Part shown: positions 1 to 12,500 of the stretch, piece by piece | Layout of the letters: each line of letters opens with the position of its first letter | Numbering within the stretch: position 1 is the stretch's first letter | Assembly (NCBI GenBank): GCA_028826165.1 | Contig: JAPDFW010000022.1 | Coordinates: 310,001-374,000, forward strand | DNA from: Anaeramoeba ignava BMAN | Taxonomy: Eukaryota > Protista > Anaeramoebae | DNA length: 64,000 nucleotides | Direction: 5' to 3' | The notes under the pieces: generated by a model | What the model was told of the DNA's origin: nothing | The model's input: only the letters and a program-made list of their open reading frames with translations | Databases searched by the model: none | Position numbers and translations under genes: made by a program

Positions 1-400
1 GTTTGAAAAATACGAGGACGATCCAAACGAATTGAAGGAATTGGAAGATTTGCTTGTGAAGATCCAGCAGAAGTTCGTGATAAAATTGAGGAGTATCCAA
101 CATGAAAATTCGCGGCTGTTCATGATCTTTCTTGAGCTCGGTTTCTTTGCCAATAGGAATAGGCAAAACAACAGCTCGCTTTATGATCTAAACGTCTTGA
201 CTAGTGAATTCAAAGAAGGAAGGATATTTGTCCAATTGCGCCAAAAGGAATTGTGGAGAAGTTGCCAAAAGAGAATCGAGAATACAAGATCCTTTGGTTT
301 TCCGGATTTCTTTCAATATCATCAATTTTTCTTGGTTAAACTTGATGAGAATTTTCTTCAGTTTCTTCAAAAAATGAGAGAACTTTTCTCTTTTCAATAA
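1..400 (+). CDS. 3' end of an unidentified protein-coding gene (runs off window start)
   Basis: Open frame from the window edge (FEKYEDDPNELKELE...) to TAA at 398-400; more GC-rich than flanks; no recognisable motif. Confidence 0.45.
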   Translation, partial: FEKYEDDPNELKELEDLLVKIQQKFVIKLRSIQHENSRLFMIFLELGFFANRNRQNNSSLYDLNVLTSEFKEGRIFVQLRQKELWRSCQKRIENTRSFGFPDFFQYHQFFLVKLDENFLQFLQKMRELFSFQ

Positions 401-546
401 ACGATTTGTTTTCAAAAAATTATTTTAAATTTTGTTTTTATTTTCAATCATTAATTAAACAAAGTTAAAAAGAAATTAAACAAAGTTAAAAAGAAATTAA
501 ACAAAATTAATGAAAGAAAATCAAAATTAATTAAAGAAAATCAAAA

Positions 547-2718
547 TTAATTATTTCTTCGAATAATAAATATATCTGTGTTGTTTCTCTGAAATTGGTT
601 TGTTATGCCGTCCATATTTTCCTGATATTCCTGTTGTAAATTTTCTGATAAGTTTTTTAGAATGGAGTTAAAGTTTTTTAGAATGGAGTTAAAGTTTTTT
701 AGAAGATTGTTTCTTGATGCTTCTTGTAAATTTGGTAAATTGTTGACAAATATTCTTAGAATATATTCTCGTGATTGTTCTTGTAAATTAAGTAGAAATA
801 TGGCAAGTTTCTCTTCGCGATTTTGTTTTTGTTCTTGTTCTCTTTGTAAATCTGAAATAAATTTAAGCACTTTGTTGACAAAATCTGTTTCTAAATCCTC
901 TAGAAGGTATTTAAAATTTTGTTCTGAATTAAGTAGAGATTTGGAAACTGTTTTTTGGCGAATTTTTTCACATTCCTGTAAATACTTTTGAAAACTTATA
1001 ACTTTATTTTGGAGATTTTGATTGGGTTTAGTCCATTTAATGTATTTGAGATAAGTTAAAGCTTCTGTATATTGAGAATCTAAATAACATTCTCTTGCAA
1101 TACAATAAAGATATTTTGGTTTTGGATTCGAAGAATGTGCTAACAAGAATTTCTGAACAGCTTTGGAATGAAGGTTTTTCAAATGATAAAAGACTCCCCA
1201 ATAATAGTGATAGTTTGAAGTAAATGATTCATCTGGAATCAACCCCAAATTTTTTTCCATTTCATTCAATTTGTTTTGAATATCTTGACGAGGATTTGCT
1301 CTCAAAAGTTGTTTGATTTGTGAGTAAATGTTTTGAACAGAAAGAATTTGAGTTTTATATTGATAAAGTTTTATGATGGATTTCTGTTGTATAACTTGTA
1401 ATTTCAATAAATTCTCTTTAAATAAAAGTTGAATTATCTGGTTTTCTCTGAGTTGTTTTCTCAAATTTTGCCACTCGTTAGTTTGGTTTAATTTTTGAAA
1501 ATTTTGTGCAAGTGCAAATTTGGTTTCTGTTATGGATTCATAATCTGGTATAAAATTGTTCGATTGTTCGAGTTCATTCAGTCTTGGTTTATCTTCCTCG
1601 ATTTCGTTGTTCAATTCCTCCAATTCTTTTGAAACTAAATCAAATTCTTTGTTTCTAATTAAGAACTTGATCTTGAGAATAAGAAAATCTTTTCTTGTTG
1701 GATGAAAAACAGAAGAATCAACTAATCCTGTTTGTGAATTTCTTGAAATATTGCTATCATTGATGAGAGATAACACTTCGTTAATTGGTTCCATGTTATT
1801 TGATTTTGTTTTATAGTAAATTTTTGCAAGTTGAAACCTCAGAAAAAAATTTTTTGATTCTTTTTTAATAATTTTTTTTGCTTCTTGAGATCTTCCTAAA
1901 CCAACCAAAGCCTTAATTTGATACAATATATGCAAAGGTTTAATCTGTTCAAGTTGATGTGGTTCGAGAGTGCAATTATTGATTTCTTTCAAACATTCAT
2001 CAAATTTTTTTTGAATTAGTAAGATTCGCAGTTTTTTAAGGTATTCCATTTCTGGACCATTTGGGGCCAATTCTATTGGTTCTAAATCTGATTTTGAATC
2101 TGAATCTGAATCTGAATCTGAATCTGAATTTGAATTTTCAGTTATCATCCTTGAATTTTCATTTTCATTTTCATTTTCATTTTCATTTTCATTTTCATTT
2201 TCATTTTCATTTTCATTTTCATTTTCATTTTCATTTTCATTTTCATTTTCATATTCATTTTCATTTTCATTTTCATTTTCATATTCATTTTCATTTTCAT
2301 TTTCATATTCATTTTGATTTATATTTTGATTTTGATTTTGATTTTGATTTTGATTTTCATTTTCATTTTCATTTTCATTTTCATTTTCATTTTCAAATTC
2401 ATATTCATATTGATTTTCATATTCATTTTCATATTCATATTCATTTTGATATTGATTTTCATTTTCATTTTCATTTTGATATTGATATTGATTTTGATAT
2501 TCATATTCATTTTCATATTCATTTTGATTTATATATTGATTTTCATTTTCATTTTCATTTTCATTTTCATATTCATTTTCATATTCATTTTGATATTCAT
2601 TTGAATCGAAATCTGAATTTGAATCTGAATCGAAATCTGAATCTGAATTTGAATTTTCAGTTATCATCCAATCTGAATTTGAATTTGAATCTGAATATGA
2701 ATTTGAATCTGAATCCAT
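547..2718 (-). CDS. TPR-like helical repeat protein with acidic S/D and E/N low-complexity N-terminus (paralog A)
   Basis: 723-aa ORF; TPR-like segments (YHYYWGVFYHLKNLHSKAVQKFLLA, PKYLYCIARECYLDSQYTEALTYL); similar to the 49441 ORF. Confidence 0.7.
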   Translation of the reverse strand: MDSDSNSYSDSNSNSDWMITENSNSDSDFDSDSNSDFDSNEYQNEYENEYENENENENENQYINQNEYENEYEYQNQYQYQNENENENQYQNEYEYENEYENQYEYEFENENENENENENENQNQNQNQNQNINQNEYENENENEYENENENENEYENENENENENENENENENENENENENENENENSRMITENSNSDSDSDSDSDSKSDLEPIELAPNGPEMEYLKKLRILLIQKKFDECLKEINNCTLEPHQLEQIKPLHILYQIKALVGLGRSQEAKKIIKKESKNFFLRFQLAKIYYKTKSNNMEPINEVLSLINDSNISRNSQTGLVDSSVFHPTRKDFLILKIKFLIRNKEFDLVSKELEELNNEIEEDKPRLNELEQSNNFIPDYESITETKFALAQNFQKLNQTNEWQNLRKQLRENQIIQLLFKENLLKLQVIQQKSIIKLYQYKTQILSVQNIYSQIKQLLRANPRQDIQNKLNEMEKNLGLIPDESFTSNYHYYWGVFYHLKNLHSKAVQKFLLAHSSNPKPKYLYCIARECYLDSQYTEALTYLKYIKWTKPNQNLQNKVISFQKYLQECEKIRQKTVSKSLLNSEQNFKYLLEDLETDFVNKVLKFISDLQREQEQKQNREEKLAIFLLNLQEQSREYILRIFVNNLPNLQEASRNNLLKNFNSILKNFNSILKNLSENLQQEYQENMDGITNQFQRNNTDIFIIRRNN

Positions 2719-2964
2719 GTAAGAAATAACAAAATGTTAATTAAAAAAAAACAAAAAAAAAGAAACAAAAAAAAAGAAAAAAATAAAAATAAAAAAAGCA
2801 AAAAAAAAAGAAAAAAATGGATAAAAAAAAAACAAAAAAAGAAACAAAAAAAATAAAATAAAGAAATGCGACAACTTTTTAGTAGTAATTTCTTGCTTAT
2901 TCCAAAGAATTACATAAAGGATCAAATTCATAATAATATTTTTGGAAGTTTTAATATTCCACCT

Positions 2965-4545
2965 AATATTTTTATTTAATAATTTTATTATAAAATTTTT
3001 AATTTAAATTTACAAAACATTTATAATTTATTTTATGTAAACATTTATAATTAATTTATTATTTAATTATTATTTAGTTTTTTATATATTTATTATTTAA
3101 TTTTTTATTAATATTTTTATTTAATAATTTAATTACAATTTTTAATTTGAATTTATAAATTAATTTATAATTTATTTTATATAAATATTTATAATTAATT
3201 TATTATTTAATTATTATTTAATTTTTATATTTTTATTATTTAATTTTTATTTATATTTTTATTTAATAATTTTATTATAATTTTTAATTTAAATTTATAA
3301 ATTAATTTATAATTTATTTTATATAAATATTTATAATTAATTTATTATTCAATTATTATTTAGTTTTTATATATTTTATTATTTAATTTTTATTTATATT
3401 TTTATTTAATAATTTTAATTACAATTTTTAATTTAAATTTAATAAATTAATTTATAATTTATTTTATATAAATATTTATAATTAATTTATTATTTAATTA
3501 TTATTTAGTTTTTATATTTTTATTATTTAATTTATAATTAATATTTTTATTTAATAATTTTATTACAATTTTTAATTTAAATTTATAAATTAATTTATAA
3601 TTTATTTTATATAAACATTTATAATTAATTTATTATTTAATTTATTATTTAGTTTTTTATATATTTTATTATTTAATTTTTTATTTATATTTTTATTTAA
3701 TAATTTAATTACAATTTTTAATTTAAATAAATAAATTAATTTATAATTTATTTTATGTAAACATTTATAATTAATTTATTATTTAATTATTATTTAGTTT
3801 TTATATTTTTATTATTTAATTTTTATTAATATTTTTATTTAATAATTTAATTACAATTTTTAATTTAAATTTATAAATTATTTTTATAATTTATTTTATA
3901 TAAACATTTATAATTAATTTATTATTTATTTATTATTTAGTTTTTTTATATTTTTATTATTTAATTTTTATTAATATTTTTATTTAATAATTTTAATTAC
4001 AATTTTAATTTGAATTTATAAATTAATTTATAATTTATTTTATATAAATATTTATAATTAATTTATTATTTAATTATTATTTAGTTTTTTATATATTTTA
4101 TTATTTAATTTTTATTTATATTTTTATTTAATAATTTAATTACAATTTTTAATTTAAATTTATAAAAACATTTATAATTTATTTTATATAAATATTTATA
4201 ATTAATTTATTATTTAATTATTATTTAATTTTTATATTTTTATTATTTAATTTATTATTAATATTTTTATTTAATAATTTAATTACAATTTTTAATTTAA
4301 ATTTATAAATTAATTTATAATTTATTTTATGTAAATATTTATAATTAATTTATTATTCAATTATTATTTAGTTTTTTATATTTTTATTATTTAATTTTTA
4401 TTAATATTTTTATTTAATAATTTAATTACAATTTTAAATTTGAATTTATAAAATTAATTTATAATTTATTTTATATAAATATTTATAATTAATTTATTAT
4501 TCAATTATTATTTAGTTTTTTATATTTTTATTATTTAATTTTTTT
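2965..4545. repeat. AT-rich tandem satellite, ~143-bp unit, ~11 copies
   Basis: Unit start atatttttatttaataat recurs at 2967, 3111, 3253, 3396, 3541 and onward. Confidence 0.9.
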
Positions 4546-4622
4546 AAGAAATTTAAAAAATAATATAAAAGAATTAAATTTTGAAAAAAAAATAAGAAGA
4601 AAAAAATTTAAATTAAAAATTT

Positions 4623-4693
4623 GGGTTATTGGTCTAATGGCATGATTCGTGCTTTGGGCGCACGAGGCTGGGGTTCGATTCCCTAATAACCCC
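4623..4693 (+). tRNA. tRNA-Pro (anticodon UGG)
   Basis: Acceptor GGGTTAT/ATAACCC; anticodon arm CGTGC-TTTGGGC-GCACG; T loop TTCGATT; followed by a poly-T Pol III terminator. Confidence 0.95.
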
Positions 4694-4851
4694 TTTTTTT
4701 TTTTTATTTAATTTTTTTTTTTTCATTTATAAATTAATTTAAAATAATAAATTAGAAAGAAAATTAAATTAATTATTAATTTAAATCTATTCTTATTTTT
4801 TAAATAATTTTATTAAAATGTTTAAAAAAATTATATTTTTATTTTGAATTT

Positions 4852-5220
4852 TTATTTCTTTTTTTGATTTAAATTTTTTAAATTTTCCAAATTTTGAGAA
4901 AGTTGTTTTAAATTTTTTTCTGTGTTAAATGCCCAATCATTTGAATTTGATAAATCATGTAAAGGTGAATTCAACTTTTTTATCAAATTTATCCATTGAT
5001 TTGTTAGCTTTTCATTGTTTATTGTTTGTATTTGAATTTTCTTATTTTCTGTTTCAATAATTTTTTGATTTTGAAAAATTTCATTGATTTGAATATTTAA
5101 TCCTTCATACATTGTTTCTATAACTTCTTGACTTCTTTTTTCAAATTCTTTCCATTTATTTTCGTTTTCTTCAATTAATTTCTTTTTATTTTTTCTGAAA
5201 TCTTTTAATAAAACATTCAT
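4852..5220 (-). CDS. BLOC1S1: BLOC-1 subunit 1 (BLOS1/GCN5L1)
   Basis: 122-aa coiled coil matching the BLOS1 pattern (LN..I..IFQNQK.IE.E.K.IQ, QW..LI..LN..L..L...NDWA..TE.NL). Confidence 0.8.
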   Translation of the reverse strand: MNVLLKDFRKNKKKLIEENENKWKEFEKRSQEVIETMYEGLNIQINEIFQNQKIIETENKKIQIQTINNEKLTNQWINLIKKLNSPLHDLSNSNDWAFNTEKNLKQLSQNLENLKNLNQKKK

Positions 5221-5310
5221 TTTGTTTTGAAAAAAAAATGAAAAAAAATGAAAAATTTAAAAAAAAATTTTTTTCATTTTTTTTTCTTTTTCTTTTATTA
5301 ATTTGGAATA
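5221..5310. promoter_or_regulatory. Putative 90-bp bidirectional promoter between BLOS1 and GPN1 with back-to-back TTTCATTTT motifs
   Basis: Divergent ATGs at 5220 (-) and 5311 (+); AAAATGAAAA at ~5235-5255 (minus-strand motif) and TTTTCATTTT at 5271-5280. Confidence 0.55.
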
Positions 5311-7332
5311 ATGAATCAAGAAAATGAAAAAATGGAAACAATTAAAGAAGAATTTAGAGATAAATTGAAAATAGAAAATCAAAATCAAAATCAATATCAA
5401 AATCAAAATCAAAATCGAAATCAAAATCAAAATCAAAATCAAAATCAAAATCAAAATCAAAATCAAAATGAAAATGAAAATGAAAATCAAAATCAAAATC
5501 AAATTGAAAATCAAAATCAAAATCAAAATCAAATTCAAATTGAAAATCAAAATCAAAATCAAAATGAAAATGAAAATGAAAATCAAAATCAAAATATAAA
5601 TGAAAATCAAAATCAAAATCAAATTGAAAATCAAATTGAAAATCAAAATCAAATTCAAATTGAAAATCAAAATCAAAATCAAAATCAAAATGAAAATGAA
5701 AATGAAAATCAAAATCAAAATATAAATGAAAATCAAAATGAAAATAAAAATGAAAATCAAAATGAAAAACCAACTGTTATAATAATTATTGGAATGGCTG
5801 GTTCAGGAAAAACAACTTTAATGCAAAGATTAAATTCATATTTATATCAATATCAAATTCCCAAATACATAATTAATCTTGATCCAGCCGTTAATAACGT
5901 ACCATATGCAGTTAATATTGATATTCGGGACACAATTAATTATAAAAAAGTGATGGAACAGTAAAAAAAATCAATAGAAAAAAAATATAAATATAAATAT
6001 ATAAATAAATCAGAACAAAATTTTTTTAAAAAACTCAAATTGGAATCAAAGATATCAATTAGGACCAAATGGAGCAATAATAACATCATTAAATTTATTC
6101 ACGACACAATTTGATCAAGTATTGAATTATTTAGAGAAAAGAGAAAAAGAAGTGAAATACATTTTAATTGACACACCTGGACAAATTGAAAGTTTTACAT
6201 GGTCTGCATCTGGACAGATCATCACAGAAGCACTTTCGAGCACATATCCAACAGTGATTGCGTATGTCATTGATACTCCGCGCACACTTACTCCAACAAC
6301 GTTTATGGCAAATATGCTTTATAGTTGTTCAATTCTTTATAAAACTCGTCTTCCTTTTCTTCTTGTTTTTAATAAGTGTGATATTTGTGATTTTCGTTTT
6401 GCTCAAGAATGGCTGACTAATTGGCAATCTTTTGATGATGCTTTGAAAGAGCAATCTTCTTATACTGCTTCTTTTTCTCGTTCTATGAGTCTAGTTCTTG
6501 ATGAGTTTTATCGTAATTTAGAGGTATTTTTTATAAAATTTAAAATTTAAATAAAATTTAAATAAAAATTTAAATAAAAATATAAATGAAAATTTAAATA
6601 AAAATTTAAATAAAAATTTAAATAAAAATTTAAATGAAAATTTAAATAAAAATTTAAATGAAAATTTATTAGAGTGTTGGTGTTTCTGCTGTTACAGGAA
6701 AAGGAATGAAAGAATTCTTCCAAGGAATTAAAAAATGTGAAAAATTATATTATTCCGTTTTTAAAGTAGAAATTGAAAAAAGGAGACAGATGATAATTCA
6801 AGAAAAATTAAAGAAACAAAAGGAAATGAAAGAAAGTTTGATTCAATCAATGAAAGAAGAAGAGGAAAAAGATAAAAAACCAAAAGAAAAGAGTCATTTT
6901 AAAAATGAACACGAAATCAACTTAAATCAAACAATCAAAAATCAAATTACAATAAATGAAAGTACAAAAAATCAACATAATTATCAATATAAATATCAAT
7001 ATCAATATCAAAATGAAGATGATAGTGATGAATATCAAGATGAAGATGAAGATATTTATTTTGTTGAACATCAAAAAAGAATAAATGAGTTCCAAAATCC
7101 AAACGGTTATAATCCTTATGATGATTTTAGTGATGATGACGATGATAATAATAATGACTTTGACAACCAAAATGAAAATCAAAATCAAATTCACATTGAA
7201 AATCAAATTGAAAATGAAAATCAAAATCAAAATGAAAATCAAATTGAAAATCAAAATGAAAATGAAAATCAAATTCACATTGAAGAGGATAATGAAATTG
7301 ACATTGATAATCAAGATTTTGATGTTGATTAA
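5311..7332 (+). CDS. GPN1: GPN-loop GTPase 1 (Npa3/XAB1); exons 5311-5960, 6052-6523, 6673-7332
   Basis: [43 protein letters not shown] motifs; GT-AG introns restore the frame; N/Q/E tract at N-terminus, acidic tail. Confidence 0.95.
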
Positions 7333-7403
7333 TATTTTTAGATTATCAATTCATTTAGATTTCCCATTTTTTTTTTCATTTTTTTTTTTTCATTTTTTTT
7401 AAA

Positions 7404-9340
7404 ATGAATCAAATTTCAATAAAAGATGCTCCACCTCAAGATTCAGTTTCTTCACTTCATTTTAGTCCAATTGATCCTTTTATTTTAGAAGCAACATCAT
7501 GGGATAATTTTGTAATAAAAATAAAAATAAAAATAAATTATAAAAATAAAAATAAATATAAATTATAAATTATAAATTATAAATTATAAAATCATTTTTT
7601 AGGCAAGAATATGGCAAATTGATGGAAGTGTTGCAAAAATTATGCTTCATTTGGAGCTTCAAGAACCTCCACTTTGTTCAGCTTGGAGTGCTGTATATTT
7701 AAATTATCAAAAATTCATCTTTAATTCTGTTTATTTTTTTTTCCTTTTTTTACAAATTCAAAAAATTTTTTTTTAGGATTCACGTGTTTTATTTATTGGT
7801 GGTGCAAATAACAAAGTTACTGCTTGGGATGTTTCAACAAATCAACAACAAGATGTTGCAGAAGTTTGTTTTAAAAATTTCAATCAAATTCTTAATTTAA
7901 ATTTTTAATTCATTTTAAAACTTTTAATCACTTTATTTCCTTTTTAAATCTTTTAATCAATTTATTTCCTTTTTATTAATTTATTTCCTTTTTAAATCTT
8001 TTTATTAATTTATTTCCTTTTTAAATCTTTTTATTAATTTATTTCCTTTTTAAAACTTTTAATCAATTTATTTCCTTTTTATCAATTTATTTCCTTTTTA
8101 AATCTTTTTATTAATTTATTTCCTTTTTAAATCTTTTAATCAATTTATTTCCTTTTTAAATCTTTTAATCAACTTATTTCCTTTTTATTAATTTATTTCC
8201 TTTTTAAATCTTTTAATCAATTTATTTCCTTTTTAAATCTTTTAATCAATTTATTTCATTTTTATCAATTTATTTCCTTTTTAAAACTTATTTCATTTTT
8301 ATTAATTTCAGCATTTAGCTCCTATCAAAGAAGTTTTTGTTGTTCCTGAAGTTGATAATCTTTTAATTACAGGCGGTTGGGATAAAGCAATACGATTCTG
8401 GGATCTTCGTCAACCAAATTTAGTTTTTGAATATACTCAAATTCAGAAAATTTTCAGGTTCAAAAACCTAATTCAAAAATTCCAATTTAAATTTAATTTA
8501 AAAATTCCAATTTAAAAATTCCAATTAAAATTTATTAGTATGGATGTTAAATATCCTTTACTTGTTGCTGCTGATTCACAACGAAAAATTTATTCTTTTG
8601 ATATCACTTCAACTCCAAGTCTTTATAATGTAAATTCCTATTTTCATCTTTCTAAAAAATTATTCAAAAAAATTGTTTTGTTTTGTTTTGTTTTTATTTA
8701 AATTTTTATTAGACAATTGATTCTCCAATGAAATATCAAACAAGAGTTGTTAGAATTTTTAACGAAAAAGATGGTTATGCTATTGGTTCAATTGATGGAA
8801 GAGTTGGAATTAATTATTTGTAAACATTTAATTAAAAATCATTTTAAAATTTCCAAAAAATTAAAATCGGAAAAAAAATCAAAAACAAAAAATCAAAAAA
8901 GAACTGATTCTTCACCAAGTTTTCAATTTCGTTGTCATAGAAATCAAAAACATGAAGTTTTTGGAATAAATGACATTTCTTTTCATCCAAAATTTGGGAC
9001 ATTTGCAACTGTTGGTTCTGATGGTGAATTCTTTTTTTGGTGTAAAAATTCTCGAACAAGAACATCAGCAGGACCTCATCGTTATAATAAACCAATTACA
9101 AAATGTGATTTTAATAATGATGGATCATTATTTGCTTTTTCTGTTTGTGATGATTGGCATATGGTAAATAATTTTTTTTTTTCTTGTTTTTTTTTTTGAT
9201 CTGATCTGATCTGATCAATGTTTTTTTTTTATTTTTTTTTTTTAAACAAAAAGGGAACTCCAAATTCATCTTTAAATACAACTGACATTTATCTCTATAA
9301 TCCACCAGAAAGTGAAGTTAAAGACAAACCAAAAAAATGA
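7404..9340 (+). CDS. RAE1: mRNA export factor RAE1/Gle2 (Bub3-family WD40), ~8 exons
   Basis: Spliced product reads [70 protein letters not shown]; ends TGA at 9338-9340. Confidence 0.88.
7920..8300. repeat. Intronic composite minisatellite (tttatttccttttt core) in RAE1
   Basis: Core repeated about 14 times with short spacer variants. Confidence 0.8.
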
Positions 9341-9529
9341 ATAAAACGAAAAAGAATTTTTATTTTTCTTTTTCTTTTTTTTTTTCTTTTTTTAAATTAA
9401 AAATAAAAATAAAAATAAATAAAAATGAGTAATTTTGATATTTTTTTATTTTTTTTTTCTTTTTTTATTTTTTCAAAGTCAATTTTTTTTTCATTTTTTT
9501 TTTTTCATTTTTTTCTTTTTAAATTAAAA

Positions 9530-12500
9530 ATGAATCCTGACGAAAGAGAATCATTAGTTTTCTTTGCTAAATTGAGTGAACAAGCTGAAAGATATGAAGG
9601 TATTTGATTAAATTCTATTATTTCCTTTTTTTTTCCTTCATTTTCCTTGTTCACAAACATTTAAAAACAAATTTTTCGTTAAAAAAAGAAAATTAAATAT
9701 AAAATTAAATATAAAATTAATTATAAAATTATTTATAAAATTAAATATAAAATTATTTATAAAATTATATATAAAATTATTTATAAAATTAAATATAAAA
9801 TTATTTATAAAATTATATATAAAATTATTTATAAAATTAAATATAAAATTATTTATAAAATTAAATATAAAATTATTTATAAAATTAAATATAAAATTAT
9901 TTATAAAATTAAATATAAAATTATTTATAAAATTAATTATAAAATTACTTATAAAATTATTTATAAAATTAATTATAAAATTACTTATAAAATTATTTAT
10001 AAAATTATTTATAAAATTAAATATAAAATTAAATATAAAAATTATTTATAAAATTAAATATAAAATTAAATATAAAATTATTTATAAAAATTATTTATAA
10101 AATTATTTATAAAATTATTTATAAAATTATTTATAAAATTATTGATGAAATTATTTATAAAATTAAATATAAAATTATTTATAAAATTAATTATAAAATT
10201 ATTTATAAAATTATTTATAAAATTATTTATAAAATTAAATATAAAATTATTTATAAAATTATTTATAAAATTAATTTCAAAATTATTAATAAAATTATAT
10301 ATAAAATTATTTATAAAATTAATTATAAAATTATATATAAAATTATTTATAAAAATATTTATAAAATTAATTATAAAATTATTTATAAAATTATTAATAA
10401 AATTATTTATAAAAATATTTATAAAATTAATTATAAAATTATTTATAAAATTAATTATAAAATTAAATATAAAATTAATTATAAAATTAAATATAATATT
10501 ATTTATAAAATTATTTATAAAATTATTTATAAAAATTAAATATAAAATTATTTATAAAATTATTTTATAAAATTATTTATAAAATTATTTATAAAATTAT
10601 TAATAAAATTATTTATAAAAATTATTTATAAAATTATTTTATAAAATTAATTATAAAAATTAATTATAAAAATTAATTATAAAATTAATTATAAAATTAT
10701 TAATAAAATTATTTATAAAATTATTTATAAAATTATTTATAAAATTAATTATAAAAATTATTTATTAAATTAAATATAAAATTATTTATTAAATTAAATA
10801 TAAAATTAAATATAAAATTATTTATTAAATTATTTATTAAATTATATATAAAATTATTTATTAAATTATTTATTAAATTATATATAAAATTATTTATAAA
10901 ATTATTTATTAAATTATTTATAAAATTATTTATAAAATTAATTATAAAATTATTTATAAAATTAAATATAAAATTATTTATTAAATTATTTATAAAATTA
11001 TTAATAAAATTATTTATAAAATTAAATATAAAATTATTTATTAAATTATTTATTAAATTATTTATAAAATTATTTATAAAATTATTTATAAAATTAAATA
11101 TAAAATTAAATATAAAATTAAATATAAAATTAAATATAAAATTAATTTCAGAAATGGTTGATTCAATGAAGAAAATTGCTGAATCAGGAGTAGAACTGTC
11201 AGTAGAAGAGAGAAACCTATTATCAGTTGGATATAAAAATTTGGTTGGTTCTCGGAGAGCATCTTGGAGAATCATTTCAACAATAGAACAAAAAGAACCA
11301 GAAACAAGTGGAAATTTTCCTAGAATTCAAGAATATAGATCAAGAGTCGAAGATGAACTTCAAGAAATTTGCAATCAAATTCTTGAACTTTTAAATCGAT
11401 CATTAATTCCAACTTCAACTACTGAAGAAGGAAAAGTGTTTTTTTACAAAATGTATTTTAAAAATTTCAAATTAAAAATTTCAAATTAAAAATTAAAAAT
11501 TCATTTATGAAATATAGGAAAGCTGATTATTTTCGATATATTGCAGAATTTTCACAAGGAAGTCAACGTAAAAATGCAGCAGAACAAAGTCTTATTGCAT
11601 ATAAACAAGCTAATGAAATTGCAACCAGATCTCTAAAAACTACAAATCCTATAAGATTGGGATTAGCTTTGAATTTTTCTGTCTTTTATTATGAAATTTT
11701 AAACTCCCCTGATAGAGCTTGTGAACTTGCAAAACAAGCTTTTGATGAGGCAATTGCTGAAATTGATTCTTTGACTGATGAATCTTATAAAGATTCTACT
11801 TTGATTATGCAACTTATTAGAGATAATTTAAATCTTTGGAATGCAGATTTACAAGATGGTTAATATTTATAAAATTATTTATAAAATTATTTATAAAATT
11901 ATTTATTAAATTATATATAAAATTAATTATAAAATTATTTATTAAATTAATTATAAAATTAAATATAAAATTATTTATAAAATTATTTATAAAATTATAT
12001 ATAAAATTATATATAAAATTATTTATAAAATTAAATATAAAATTATTTATAAAATTATTTATAAAATTATTTATAAAATTATTTATAAAATTATTTATAA
12101 AATTAAATATAAAATTATTTATAAAATTATTTATAAAATTATTTATAAAATTATTTATAAAATTATTTATAAAATTATTTATAAAATTATTTATAAAAAT
12201 TAATTATAAAATTATTTATAAAATTATTTATAAAATTATTTATAAAAATTATTTATAAAATTAATTATAAAATTAATTATAAAATTAAAATATAAAATTA
12301 TTTATAAAATTATTTATAAAATTATTTATAAAATTATTTATAAAATAAAATATCAAAAATCATTTATAAAATTATTTATAAAATTATTAATAAAATTATT
12401 TATAAAAATTATTTATAAAATTATTTATAAAAATTATTTATAAAATTATTTATAAAATTAATTATAAAATTATTTATTAAATTATTATAAAATTATTTAT

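Noticed and set aside
2061-2729. Many ORF-track entries such as FHFHFH, ILILIL, KIKIKI, FDFDFD (also at 5257, 15042, 33264, 57095, 61528, 62383)
   Set aside because: Alternative-frame or antisense translations of hexamer repeats in real genes
2965-4545. Regular arrays as possible CRISPR loci
   Set aside because: Whole units repeat with no unique spacers, no cas genes, and the context is eukaryotic
10142-12258. ORFs made of IKLF repeats
   Set aside because: Translations of the 12-bp intronic microsatellite of the 14-3-3 gene, bounded by GT-AG
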